This document shows positions 1 to 9,385 of a stretch of DNA of 64,000 nt, piece by piece. The stretch covers positions 2,656,001-2,720,000 of the forward strand of contig OZ251997.1 in NCBI GenBank assembly GCA_965247095.1, written 5' to 3'. A program made the position numbers and the translations under genes. A model generated the notes under the pieces. That model was not told the origin of the DNA and searched no databases. It saw nothing but the letters and a program-made list of their open reading frames with translations. Each line of letters starts with the position of its first letter. Position 1 is the stretch's first letter. Origin of the DNA: Candidatus Multivorans sp. Lineage in GTDB: Bacteria > Acidobacteriota > Thermoanaerobaculia > Multivoradales > Multivoraceae.

Positions 1-1680
1 GCGCGGCAGCAGCGCAGCGAGGTCGTCCTGAACCCCAAGCGCGGGACGATCTACGACTCGCGCGGCAGAACCATGGCGGTGTCGGTCGAGACCCGGACGC
101 TCTATGCCGAAACCGCCAAGGTGGACGATCCGCCGACGCTGGCCGCCTACATTGCTCCGTTGGTGGGCCGCACCGAGGAACGGATCGAGGCGCTGCTGCA
201 GAAGCCCGGGCACGTGCCGCTGGCGCGGAAGCTCGACCGCGCCCTGGCCGACGGCATCGACCTGTCCGCGTTCCCGGGCCTCTACTTCCTGGCCGAGAGC
301 AAGCGCGAGTACCCGATGGGTTCGCTGATGGCTCATGTGCTTGGCTTCGTCGGTACGGACACCAGCCTCGCCGGTATCGAACTCAAGTACGACGGCGAGG
401 TCGCGGGTGAGTCGGTCAAAAGGCACGTACTCCGGGATGGCCAGCAGCGGTTGGTCGTCGTCGCCGGTTCGTTGGGCGAACCGAAGCCGGGGGCGGACCT
501 CCACCTGACCATCGACGCGACGATCCAGCACCTGGCGGAGCGGGCCCTGCGGGAGACGATCGAGTGGTCGAAGGCCAAGGCCGGCAACGTGGTGATTCTG
601 GCGCCGGAGGATTCGGCGGTGCTGGCGATGGCCTCCTATCCGGCCTTCGACCCGAACCAGTTCGGCGACTTCGGTCCCGAGGAGCTCCGGAACAGGGCGA
701 TCCAGGATTCGTATGAGCCGGGCTCGACGTTCAAGACGATCACGGTGGCGGGAGCGTTCCAGCGGCAGGTTGTTCACGCCGACCAGATCATGGATTGCGG
801 CAATGGCCGGATTCGCGTCGGCAGGGCGCGGATCAAGGACCACAAGCCCTTTCCCGAACTCACCTTCCGCACGGCGATCGCCAAGTCGAGCAACGTCTGC
901 GCGATCAAGGCAGGGCTCCTGGCCGGTGAGCAGACGATGCAGGACCTCGTGGCGGCCTTCGGGTTCGGCCAGACCACCGGCATCGACATCGGTGGCGAGC
1001 ATCCGGGCATCGTGCCGCTCCGGGTCTGGGATCGCGAAACGACAGCGTATGCCTCGTTCGGCTACGGCTTGGCGGTGACGCCCCTCCAGCTTGCGAACGC
1101 CTACGCGGCGGTTGCCAACGGCGGGGTGTGGAACCAGCCGTACATCGTGCGCTCCCTGGAGCGCGAAGGTGAGATCGTCGACCAGCGTCCCAAGGATCGC
1201 AGCCGGCGCGTGATCTCGAAGTCGACCGCGTACGAGGTCATCCGCCTGCTCGAGGAAGTGGTCGTGAGCGGCACCGGCCGCAAGGCCGCCATCGCCGGCT
1301 ACCGCGTAGCCGGCAAGACGGGAACGGCCGAGAAGTCGGACTCGGAGGGCTACTCGGAGACCGGTCGCGTCGCTGGTTTCGTCGGTATCGCTCCCGCCCG
1401 GGCGCCCCGACTGGTCTGTCTGGTGATGATCGACGAGCCGACCGTCGCCACCGGTGGCGGTGAAGTCGCGGCGCCGGCCTTCCAACGCATCGTCAGCGAG
1501 GCGTTGTTCTACCTCGGTGCGACGCCTTCGCGGCAGCCGATGGGTTGGAGCCAGCCGGTGTGGCTGCGGCCGGCCGAGCCGGCGGACGTCAAGGTCGCCG
1601 ACGCGGTCGCCGAAGAGGAGGTGAAGCAGGAGGACACGGGGACGGAAGGCGAGCTGTGGACGGCAAAGGCTTCGAGCTGA
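1..1680 (+). CDS. ftsI: Peptidoglycan D,D-transpeptidase PBP3 (5'-truncated by window)
   Basis: Frame is open from position 1 (RGTIYDSRG dimerisation motif). Contains SxxK (EPGSTFK), SxN (KSSNV) and KTG (GKTGT) motifs. First gene of the dcw order. Confidence 0.95.
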   Translation, partial: ARQQRSEVVLNPKRGTIYDSRGRTMAVSVETRTLYAETAKVDDPPTLAAYIAPLVGRTEERIEALLQKPGHVPLARKLDRALADGIDLSAFPGLYFLAESKREYPMGSLMAHVLGFVGTDTSLAGIELKYDGEVAGESVKRHVLRDGQQRLVVVAGSLGEPKPGADLHLTIDATIQHLAERALRETIEWSKAKAGNVVILAPEDSAVLAMASYPAFDPNQFGDFGPEELRNRAIQDSYEPGSTFKTITVAGAFQRQVVHADQIMDCGNGRIRVGRARIKDHKPFPELTFRTAIAKSSNVCAIKAGLLAGEQTMQDLVAAFGFGQTTGIDIGGEHPGIVPLRVWDRETTAYASFGYGLAVTPLQLANAYAAVANGGVWNQPYIVRSLEREGEIVDQRPKDRSRRVISKSTAYEVIRLLEEVVVSGTGRKAAIAGYRVAGKTGTAEKSDSEGYSETGRVAGFVGIAPARAPRLVCLVMIDEPTVATGGGEVAAPAFQRIVSEALFYLGATPSRQPMGWSQPVWLRPAEPADVKVADAVAEEEVKQEDTGTEGELWTAKASS

Positions 1681-3227
1681 TGAGACTCGGCGACGCGATC
1701 GCCGACCTGCCGCTGCGGTCACCGCTGGGCCTTGCCGCCGCCGAGACGGAAGTCATGGGCGTTCAGCACGACTCCCGCCGGGTTGTGAGCGGCGATCTGT
1801 TCGTCGCCTGGCGAGGCGACCTCCACGACGGTCGTGTCTTCGCTCCGGACGCGGTGGCGCGCGGCGCCGCGGCGGTACTGGCCTTCGGCCCGCCGCCGGC
1901 CCCGCCGACCGTACCGTGGCTGGAGGTCGATGATCCCCGTGCCCGCATGGGGCGGGTGGCCGCGAGGCTCTACGGCCACCCGGAACGGGAACTTGTGACC
2001 GTCGGCGTCACCGGCACCAACGGCAAGAGCACGACGTCCCAGTTGATCGGCGCCTGTCTGACCCGGTCGGGTCGTTCCGCCGCAGTGGTCGGAACCCTCG
2101 GCCGCACGGTCCATCGGCCGGGTTCCGCGCCGGCGGCCTTCGAGCCCCTGAGCCGGGCGGCGGAGGACCGCACCACGCCGGAGAGCAGTGACCTGTTCCG
2201 GATGTTGCGCCGGGCCGTGGACCTGGGCGCGCGGTCGGCGGCGATCGAGGTCTCGTCCCACGCCCTCGACCAGGGTCGCATGAACGGCATGAGGTTCGAC
2301 GCCGCGGTGTTCACGAACCTGACCAGAGACCATCTCGATTACCACCCGTCGTTCGAGGCCTACTTTGCGGCCAAGCGCCGCCTGTTCTCCCTGCTCCGGC
2401 TCGAGGGCGCGGCGGTGCTCAACGTCGACGACGAGTACGGCCGTCGTCTGGCGTCGGAGCTCCAGGACAGCGGCAGGGTCGTGCGGTTCAGCGCCTCCGG
2501 ACGCCGGGACGCCGAGGTGCGAGTGGTCCGCGCCGACCTCGATCTTGCCGGGATTCGCGCCGAGATCGAGACGCCCGCGGGCCTCATCGCCCTGAACAGC
2601 CCACTTCTCGGCCGGTTCAACCTCGAGAACCTGGCCGCGGCCGTGGCCGCGGCCGGGGCCCTCGGCGTCTCCGCCGAAGCCATTCGCGACGCGGTAGCCG
2701 ACCAGCCGCCGCTCTCCGGCCGGCTGGAGCCGGTGGAGCGTGGTCAGGAGTTTCCCGTTCTCGTCGACTACGCCCACACGGACGGGGGTCTGCGCGCGGC
2801 CCTGGCGGCGGTGCGCGAACTGAGCGACCGGCGCATTGCCGTCGTGTTCGGCTGCGGCGGCGACCGCGACCGCGGCAAGCGGGAGCTGATGGGACGCGCG
2901 GCGGGAGAACTCGCGGATCTCGCGATCGTCACCGACGACAACCCGCGGAGCGAGGAACCGGCGCTTATTCATGCCGCGATCGTGGCTGGTCTCGAGGCGG
3001 CTCGGGGTTGTGCCTGGGAAGTCGTCGCGGGCCGGCGCGAGGCGATTCGGCGGGCCGTCTCGGTGGCGGCGGCGGCGCCGGGGTGGACGGTCCTGGTTGC
3101 CGGCAAGGGCCACGAGGCGACGCAAACGATCGGTGCCCTCAAGGTGCCCTTTCGTGACCGCGATGAGTTGGAGTCGGCCCTGAACGCACTGAACGGGGAG
3201 CTCGAGGGTGAGACGACCCCTTGCTGA
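1680..3227 (+). CDS. murE: UDP-MurNAc-dipeptide:meso-DAP ligase
   Basis: GTNGKST P-loop, TTPES, NLTRDHLDYH, DYAHT, DNPR (DAP specificity). ATG at 1680 overlaps the ftsI stop. Confidence 0.95.
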   Translation: MRLGDAIADLPLRSPLGLAAAETEVMGVQHDSRRVVSGDLFVAWRGDLHDGRVFAPDAVARGAAAVLAFGPPPAPPTVPWLEVDDPRARMGRVAARLYGHPERELVTVGVTGTNGKSTTSQLIGACLTRSGRSAAVVGTLGRTVHRPGSAPAAFEPLSRAAEDRTTPESSDLFRMLRRAVDLGARSAAIEVSSHALDQGRMNGMRFDAAVFTNLTRDHLDYHPSFEAYFAAKRRLFSLLRLEGAAVLNVDDEYGRRLASELQDSGRVVRFSASGRRDAEVRVVRADLDLAGIRAEIETPAGLIALNSPLLGRFNLENLAAAVAAAGALGVSAEAIRDAVADQPPLSGRLEPVERGQEFPVLVDYAHTDGGLRAALAAVRELSDRRIAVVFGCGGDRDRGKRELMGRAAGELADLAIVTDDNPRSEEPALIHAAIVAGLEAARGCAWEVVAGRREAIRRAVSVAAAAPGWTVLVAGKGHEATQTIGALKVPFRDRDELESALNALNGELEGETTPC

Positions 3228-4677
3228 TGCGGCCAGGATCATGAACGGCTGCCTGATCGGAGAGGTTGACCCCGGCGCCTGTTACCAGGGCGGGGCGATC
3301 GACTCGCGCCGGATCGAGGGCGGCGAACTGTTCTTCGCGCTGCCCGGTGAGCGGACCGACGGCCATCGCTTCGTGGCCGACGCCCTGGCCGCGGGCGCAG
3401 CGGCCTCGGTGGTGGCGGTGCCGGTCGACCGGGCGGGGGGCCCCCAGATCCGGGTCGACGACGTGACGACTGCGCTCCACGATCTGACCCGAGACCATCG
3501 CCGGCAGCTCAAGGCCCGGGTCGCGTCGGTCACCGGCTCGGCCGGCAAGACGACGACCAAGGATCTGCTGGCCCTGCTGCTCGGCGAATGCTGGCGGGTT
3601 CACAAGAGTCCGGGCAATCTGAACAACCTTCTCGGCTTCCCGCTCACGCTGCTTGCCGTAGACGAGGACTGCGAGTGGTTGGTGGCTGAGATGGGGATGT
3701 CGGCGCCCGGCGAGCTGGCCGCGGTCAGCCGGCTAGGCCGGCCGGACGTGGCGGTGTTCACGAACGTCCGACCGGCGCACCTCGCCGGCTTCGAGCAGGA
3801 GGGTGGCGTTGCCGCGGGCATGGAGGCAGTTGCCCGGGCCAAGGCGGAGCTGCTGGAGGGGCTCGCCGACGACGGGTTGGTCGTCGCGAACGCCGGCGAC
3901 CCCCACGTCGTGGCCCTCGTGGAGCGGTACCTGGCCGAACGTGCCGAACGTGCCGAACGTCCGGAAAGCGACCGCGCCGGTGCGGCCGGGCGCGTCGTCT
4001 GGTTCGAGGTGGCGCCCGTGGCCGCCAAGACCCCCGTTGCCGAGGTCACAGCACGTGGCCTCGAGCCGCTGGCGGGAGAACCGGGAACGCGCTTCGTGCT
4101 CGAACGGGGCGGCGCCAAAGCGCTCGTCGAGTTGCCCCTGCACGGCTGGGTCAACGTCGAGAACTTCCTGGCCGCCGCGGCCTGTGCCCTTCGCCTCGGC
4201 GTGCCGATCGAGCGCGTGGCTGCAGCCGCGCGCCGGCCGACATCCGCGGCCGGACGCGGCCAAGTGGTCTCGCTGTCCTCGGGCGCGACCCTGGTCGACG
4301 ACTCGTACAACTCGAACCCGGAAGCCGCGCAGCTTGCGCTTCAGGCCGCTCGCCTGCTCGACGGCCGGCGCCACGTGGCGATCCTGGGGGAGATGCTCGA
4401 GCTCGGCAGCGCCGAACGCCGCTACCACCGGGAACTGGGCAGCGCCGCCGCCGATCTGGGATTCGACCTGGTCGTGGGCGTTGGCGGGTTGACGACCGAT
4501 CTGCTGGCGGCCGCGGCCGAGGGCGGCGCGGAGACCGTCTGGTTCGAGGACTCGCTCGCCGCGAGCGCCGGCACGCCAGCCCTGATCAGGGACGGCGATG
4601 TGGTGCTGGTCAAGGGTTCGCGCGGCTCGGCGCTCGAGCATGTCGTCGGGGCGCTGAGGCAGGAAGGGGCGAACTGA
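3208..4677 (+). CDS. murF: UDP-MurNAc-tripeptide:D-Ala-D-Ala ligase
   Basis: GSAGKTTTK, GNLNN, DDSYNSNP, GEMLELG, KGSRG motifs; dcw synteny. Confidence 0.95.
   Translation: MRRPLADAARIMNGCLIGEVDPGACYQGGAIDSRRIEGGELFFALPGERTDGHRFVADALAAGAAASVVAVPVDRAGGPQIRVDDVTTALHDLTRDHRRQLKARVASVTGSAGKTTTKDLLALLLGECWRVHKSPGNLNNLLGFPLTLLAVDEDCEWLVAEMGMSAPGELAAVSRLGRPDVAVFTNVRPAHLAGFEQEGGVAAGMEAVARAKAELLEGLADDGLVVANAGDPHVVALVERYLAERAERAERPESDRAGAAGRVVWFEVAPVAAKTPVAEVTARGLEPLAGEPGTRFVLERGGAKALVELPLHGWVNVENFLAAAACALRLGVPIERVAAAARRPTSAAGRGQVVSLSSGATLVDDSYNSNPEAAQLALQAARLLDGRRHVAILGEMLELGSAERRYHRELGSAAADLGFDLVVGVGGLTTDLLAAAAEGGAETVWFEDSLAASAGTPALIRDGDVVLVKGSRGSALEHVVGALRQEGAN
3934..3960 (+). repeat. In-frame 9-bp tandem repeat (GCCGAACGT x3, encoding AER x3) inside murF
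   Basis: Directly visible in the sequence. Confidence 0.85.
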
Positions 4678-5753
4678 TGCTGCTCGACCTGCTGTTGCCG
4701 CTCGGCGAGAGGATGGCGCCCTTCAACGTCGTCCAGTACATCACCTTCCGCTGCGCCTGCGCCGCGTTGACGGGTGTCGTGCTGAGCCTGATGCTGGGCC
4801 CCAGTTTCATCCGCGCCGCGCGGCGCCTCTCGATCGGACAGGCGATCCGCGAGGAAGGCCCGGAACGGCACAAGAGCAAGGCAGGCACCCCGACCATGGG
4901 CGGATTGCTCATCCTCGTCGCGGTGATCGTGCCGACCCTGCTGTGGTCCGACCTTTCGAACGTCTACGTCTGGCTTGCGGTCGGCACGACGATCGCGCTG
5001 GGCGCCGTCGGCTTCGTCGACGACCTGCTCAAGGTCCGGCGGCGCCACAGCAAGGGTCTGGGCATGAAGGCGAAGTTCGGCCTGCAGCTCGCGGTGGGCG
5101 CGGCTCTCGGCGCCGGCCTGGTCCACCTGACGGATCTCGACTTGAACCTGAGCTTCCCCTTCTTCAAGACCCTGATGATCGAACTCGGGCCGTTCTACAT
5201 TCCCTTCGTCGCCATCCTGATCGCCGGTTCCTCCAATGCGGTGAACCTCACCGATGGGCTCGACGGCCTGGCGATCGGCGCCACCCTGGTGGCGGCAGCC
5301 ACCTACGCGGTCTTCGCCTACATCGCGGGCAACTCGATCGCCGCCCGCTACCTGCAGGTGTCCTACGTCGCTGGGGCAGGCGAGGTCGCGATCATCTGCT
5401 CCGCCCTGGTCGGGGCCAGCCTCGGCTTCCTGTGGTTCAACGCCCATCCGGCGCAGGTGTTCATGGGCGACGTCGGCTCGCTCGCGATCGGCGGCACGAT
5501 CGGCGCGGTCGCGGTCCTCTCCAAGCAGGAACTGCTGCTGGTGCTGGTCGGCGGACTGTTCGTGATCGAGGCGCTGTCGGTGATCGTCCAGGTGGCGTCC
5601 TACAAGACGACCGGGCGCCGGGTTCTGCTCATGGCGCCGCTCCACCACCACTTCGAACTCCGCGGCTGGAGCGAGAACCAGGTCATCGTGCGGTTCTGGA
5701 TTCTCGCCGTCCTGTTCGCCTTTCTCGGGCTTTCGACCCTGAAGTTGAGGTAG
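4677..5753 (+). CDS. mraY: Phospho-MurNAc-pentapeptide transferase
   Basis: GTPTMGG, NAVNLTDGLDGL, FMGDVGS, APLHHHFE motifs; multiple TM helices. Confidence 0.97.
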   Translation: MLLDLLLPLGERMAPFNVVQYITFRCACAALTGVVLSLMLGPSFIRAARRLSIGQAIREEGPERHKSKAGTPTMGGLLILVAVIVPTLLWSDLSNVYVWLAVGTTIALGAVGFVDDLLKVRRRHSKGLGMKAKFGLQLAVGAALGAGLVHLTDLDLNLSFPFFKTLMIELGPFYIPFVAILIAGSSNAVNLTDGLDGLAIGATLVAAATYAVFAYIAGNSIAARYLQVSYVAGAGEVAIICSALVGASLGFLWFNAHPAQVFMGDVGSLAIGGTIGAVAVLSKQELLLVLVGGLFVIEALSVIVQVASYKTTGRRVLLMAPLHHHFELRGWSENQVIVRFWILAVLFAFLGLSTLKLR

Positions 5754-5758
5754 CGGCA

Positions 5759-7207
5759 TTGGTCGAGTCGAGTAGCAGCACGTCCCCGAACCCGGCGCCG
5801 CCGGTCTCCGCCTGGCGGAGGGCGCTGGTCTATGGGCTGGGCCTGTCCGGCGTGGCGGCAGCGCGCGCGCTTGTTGACCGCGGTATTCGCGTGGCGGCCG
5901 TCGACGGCCGTCCGGCCTCCGGTCTTGGGTCGGCGGCACAGGAACTCCTCCGAACGGGACGGGTTGAGACGTTGCTGGACGAACAGGCGGCGCTGCCGAG
6001 AGGTCTCGACGCCGTCGTGCTGAGTCCGGGCGTGCCGCCCAACCGGCCCCTGCTGCGGAGCGCCCGGTCGGCGAAGACGCCGGTTGTGGCCGAAGTGGAG
6101 CTCGCCTACCGCCTGCTGGAGGTGTCGTGCGCGCCGACCGTGGTGGCGATCACCGGCAGCAACGGCAAGAGCACGACGACCGCGCTCACCGGCGCCCTGC
6201 TCGAAGCGGCGGGTTACCCGGTTGAGGTCTGCGGCAACATCGGCACGCCGCTGAGCGCCCGCGTCGACGGACCGCCCGGGCGGGTGTTCGTCGTCGAGCT
6301 CTCGAGCTTCCAACTCGAGGCGGTCGACCGTTTCCGTCCTCGGGCGGCGGCGCTTCTGAACATCAGCCCCGACCATCTCGACCGCTACCGCAACGTGGGA
6401 GAGTACGCGGCCGCGAAGGCGCGCATCTTCGGCAACCAGGCGCTCGGAGACATCGCTGTGGTGAACGGCGACGACTCCCAGGCGCGCCGGCTCGGGAGCG
6501 ACCGCGGGGGGGCATCGGCCCAGGTCAGGCGGCGCCTCTTCTCACGTCTCCGTCAGGTTGAGGACGGCTGCTACCTCGACCGCGACCGCGTGATCGAGGT
6601 CGGGCCGAACGTCCGGCGCGAGCTGTTCCGGCTCGACGATCTGGCGCTGGATGGGTTGCACAACGTGGAGAACGCGATGGCGGCTGCGCTGCTCGCGTCG
6701 GCTGTCGGCGCCGATCCACACGGTTTCGCCTCAGGTCTTCGCGGCTTTGGCGGCTTGCCCCACCGGATGCGTCTGGTCGAGACCATGGACGGCGTCCGCT
6801 ACTACAACGATTCGAAGGCAACCAACCCCGCGGCGTCCACGCAGGCGCTGGCCGGTTTCGGCGATGGCTCGGTTCACCTGATTCTGGGTGGCCGGGCGAA
6901 GGGGGAGGCCGATTTCGCCGAACTGGCGGCGGTGGCGGCGGCCAAGGCCGCGGCGGTCTACCTGATCGGCGAGGCCGCCGGCGCGATCGAATCCGTGCTG
7001 CTCGACGGTACGGCGCATCGCCGCTGCGGTTCGCTCGACCGGGCGGTCGAGGCGGCGTCCGCCGCGTCGAGCCGTGGCGAGAGCGTGCTGCTTTCGCCGG
7101 CCTGCGCCAGCTTCGACCAGTTCGAGGACTTCGCCGACCGCGGCCGCTGCTTCGAGCGTCAGGTCAGAGCTCTCGCGGCGGCTCGCGGAGGGGGCGGCGA
7201 TGGCTAA
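5759..7207 (+). CDS. murD: UDP-MurNAc-L-Ala:D-Glu ligase
   Basis: GLGLSG, GSNGKSTT, ELSSFQL, NDSKATN, SPACASFDQF motifs. Start placed at TTG 5759 (approximate) within ORF 4943..7207. Confidence 0.93.
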   Translation: MVESSSSTSPNPAPPVSAWRRALVYGLGLSGVAAARALVDRGIRVAAVDGRPASGLGSAAQELLRTGRVETLLDEQAALPRGLDAVVLSPGVPPNRPLLRSARSAKTPVVAEVELAYRLLEVSCAPTVVAITGSNGKSTTTALTGALLEAAGYPVEVCGNIGTPLSARVDGPPGRVFVVELSSFQLEAVDRFRPRAAALLNISPDHLDRYRNVGEYAAAKARIFGNQALGDIAVVNGDDSQARRLGSDRGGASAQVRRRLFSRLRQVEDGCYLDRDRVIEVGPNVRRELFRLDDLALDGLHNVENAMAAALLASAVGADPHGFASGLRGFGGLPHRMRLVETMDGVRYYNDSKATNPAASTQALAGFGDGSVHLILGGRAKGEADFAELAAVAAAKAAAVYLIGEAAGAIESVLLDGTAHRRCGSLDRAVEAASAASSRGESVLLSPACASFDQFEDFADRGRCFERQVRALAAARGGGGDG

Positions 7208-8276
7208 GAAGCTCGCCATCGACAAGGTGCTCTTCACGGTCGTCGTCCTGCTGGTGGTGGGGGGGCTGGTCATGGTCTATTCGGCCAACCCGCCCGACCC
7301 CGACGGCGCCTTCAAGCGGCAGTTCGTCACCCAGCTCGCGGCGGCGATCGTCGGTCTGGGCGCGATGCTGGTGGTGATGAACATCGACTACCGGCGCTGG
7401 GCCAGACCGTGGCTGGTGTACGCCGGCCTCGGCGTCTCGCTCGGGCTGCTCGGCATCGTGCTGGCGTCGCCGCCGATCAACGGCAGCAGCCGGTGGCTGT
7501 CGCTTGGACCGGTGACCTTTCAGCCGTCGGAGCTGGCCAAGGTCGCGGTCATCCTCTTTCTCGCGTACCAGATCCACCGCTGCCCTGAGGGGGTCAGCCA
7601 GCCCCGGGTACTCGTGCCGTGCGGAGTCGGGGTCGGCCTGATGACCCTGCTCGTGATGCAGGCCCCGGACTTCGGCAGCGCCGCGCTGATCCTCGGCATC
7701 TCGGCGGTCATGCTGTTTCTCGCCGGTCTGTCCTGGCGCTGGATCGTGCCCGGGCTGCTGGTGTTCCCGGCGATGCTGGGGCTCTTCATCTGGTCGGAGC
7801 CCTACCGCGTGGAGCGGGTGATGAGCTTCCTCTCGCCGGAGACCGACCCCTCGGGCAACGGCTTTCAGGTGCTGCAGTCGCTGATCGCGATCGGCTCCGG
7901 CGGCGTGACCGGTCAGGGCCTGGGCGAGAGCGCCCAGAAGCTCTACTTCCTGCCGCTGGCGAGTTCCGACTTCATCTTCTCGATCGTCAGCGAGGAGCTG
8001 GGATTGATCGGCGCCGCGGCGGTGCTGGCCGCATTCGTCGTTCTCGCCTGGCGGGGCTACGTCGCCGGGCACCGCGCCCCGGACGCGTTCGGCCGGTTTC
8101 TCGCTTGGGGACTGACGTCGGCGGTGCTCATCCAGGCGCTCGTCAACATCAGCGTCACCGTCGGACTGGTGCCGGTCACCGGTACGCCTCTGCCGTTTCT
8201 GTCGCACGGCGGATCCTCCCTGTTCATGACCCTGGTCGCGTGCGGCCTGCTGCTGAGCGTTTCGGAGCATGGATGA
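7200..8276 (+). CDS. ftsW: SEDS peptidoglycan glycosyltransferase FtsW
   Basis: FQPSELAK, PDFGS, DFIFSIVSEELG, PFLSHGGSS motifs. ATG at 7200. Confidence 0.95.
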   Translation: MAKKLAIDKVLFTVVVLLVVGGLVMVYSANPPDPDGAFKRQFVTQLAAAIVGLGAMLVVMNIDYRRWARPWLVYAGLGVSLGLLGIVLASPPINGSSRWLSLGPVTFQPSELAKVAVILFLAYQIHRCPEGVSQPRVLVPCGVGVGLMTLLVMQAPDFGSAALILGISAVMLFLAGLSWRWIVPGLLVFPAMLGLFIWSEPYRVERVMSFLSPETDPSGNGFQVLQSLIAIGSGGVTGQGLGESAQKLYFLPLASSDFIFSIVSEELGLIGAAAVLAAFVVLAWRGYVAGHRAPDAFGRFLAWGLTSAVLIQALVNISVTVGLVPVTGTPLPFLSHGGSSLFMTLVACGLLLSVSEHG

Positions 8277-9385
8277 GCGCTCGCACTCACCGTCGAACGG
8301 TGGTCTTCTCGGGTGGTGGAACCGGCGGCCACGTGTTCCCCGGCCTGGCAGTGGCCGAGGAACTCCGGCGCCTCGGTTGGCGAACGGCGTGGATAGGGCG
8401 CGGGCGGAGCCTCGAGGAACGGTTGGTCGCCGCGGCCGGGCTCGAGTTCAGGGCGTTGCCGGCGCGGGCGTTCGTGGACCGCGGCGCCCTGGAGCGAGCG
8501 GTCGCCCTGGGTGTTCTGGCGGTCTCGACGCTGCGTGCCGCCGTGCTGCTGCGCCGCCTTGGTGCGGCGGTGGTGTTGGCCACCGGCGGCTACGCCTGCG
8601 CTCCGGCTGCCCTGGGGGCCCGGCTGAACGGTTCCGGCCTCTACCTGCTCGAGCCGAACGCGCAGAGCGGTGCGGCGAACCGGCTGCTGTCGCGGTTCGC
8701 CACGGAGGCGGGGACTGCTTTCGAGTCCGCTGCGAAGCAGTTGGCGTGCGAGGCGCGGCTGGTCGGTGTTCCGGTGCGCCGGGCCTTCCGCCAGGTCGGC
8801 GAACCGCGCCTCCAGAGCGACTGCACGCGGGTGCTGGTGCTCGGCGGCAGCCAGGGCTCGGATGCTCTCAACCGGCAACTGCCGGGCCTGTTCGCCCGGG
8901 CCGCCCGAAAGACAGCCATCGAGGTCACGCACCAGTCGGGACCTTCCCGGGTCGACGACACCCGCGACCGCTATCGAGGTCTCGGGGCGCCGGCGCTCAA
9001 GGCGACGGTCGAGGGGTTCATCGAGGACACCGCCGGCGCGATGGCGGCCCACGACCTGATCGTGTCGCGGGCGGGGGCGGTGACGGTGGCGGAAGTGGCC
9101 GCGGCCGGCCGGCCGGCGGTCTACGTTCCGTTGCCGCTGGCCGCGGGGCACCAGCGCGGCAACACGCAGGCGATGGTCGATGCGGGAGCGGCGATCCTGG
9201 TCGAGCAGGACGATCTGCAGGGCGAGGCGGCGGCGGAGCGATGCGCGGGGCTGATCGCGGATCGCGCCCGGCTTTCGTCCATGGCTCGGGCGGCGCGCGC
9301 CCACAGCCGGGGCGATGCGGCGCGCGCCGTAGCGGAGCGGGTATGCGCGATCGCCGGCGCCTCCAGCGCCGGGAGGACGCGCTGA
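8273..9385 (+). CDS. murG: Undecaprenyl-PP-MurNAc-pentapeptide GlcNAc transferase
   Basis: GGGTGGHVFP, GGSQG, SRAGA motifs. ATG 8273 overlaps the ftsW stop. Confidence 0.95.
   Translation: MSARTHRRTVVFSGGGTGGHVFPGLAVAEELRRLGWRTAWIGRGRSLEERLVAAAGLEFRALPARAFVDRGALERAVALGVLAVSTLRAAVLLRRLGAAVVLATGGYACAPAALGARLNGSGLYLLEPNAQSGAANRLLSRFATEAGTAFESAAKQLACEARLVGVPVRRAFRQVGEPRLQSDCTRVLVLGGSQGSDALNRQLPGLFARAARKTAIEVTHQSGPSRVDDTRDRYRGLGAPALKATVEGFIEDTAGAMAAHDLIVSRAGAVTVAEVAAAGRPAVYVPLPLAAGHQRGNTQAMVDAGAAILVEQDDLQGEAAAERCAGLIADRARLSSMARAARAHSRGDAARAVAERVCAIAGASSAGRTR

Noticed and set aside
3934-3960. murF 9-bp tandem repeat as a phase-variation switch
   Set aside because: Unit length is a multiple of three in an apparent loop of an essential gene, so copy-number change would not switch expression.
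4943-5758. Long N-terminal extensions given by the ORF track for murD (and likewise murG, murC, argH, argR, the VWA protein and the MTase)
   Set aside because: They overlap upstream genes in another frame. Conserved motifs begin at downstream starts that overlap or closely follow the previous stop codon.
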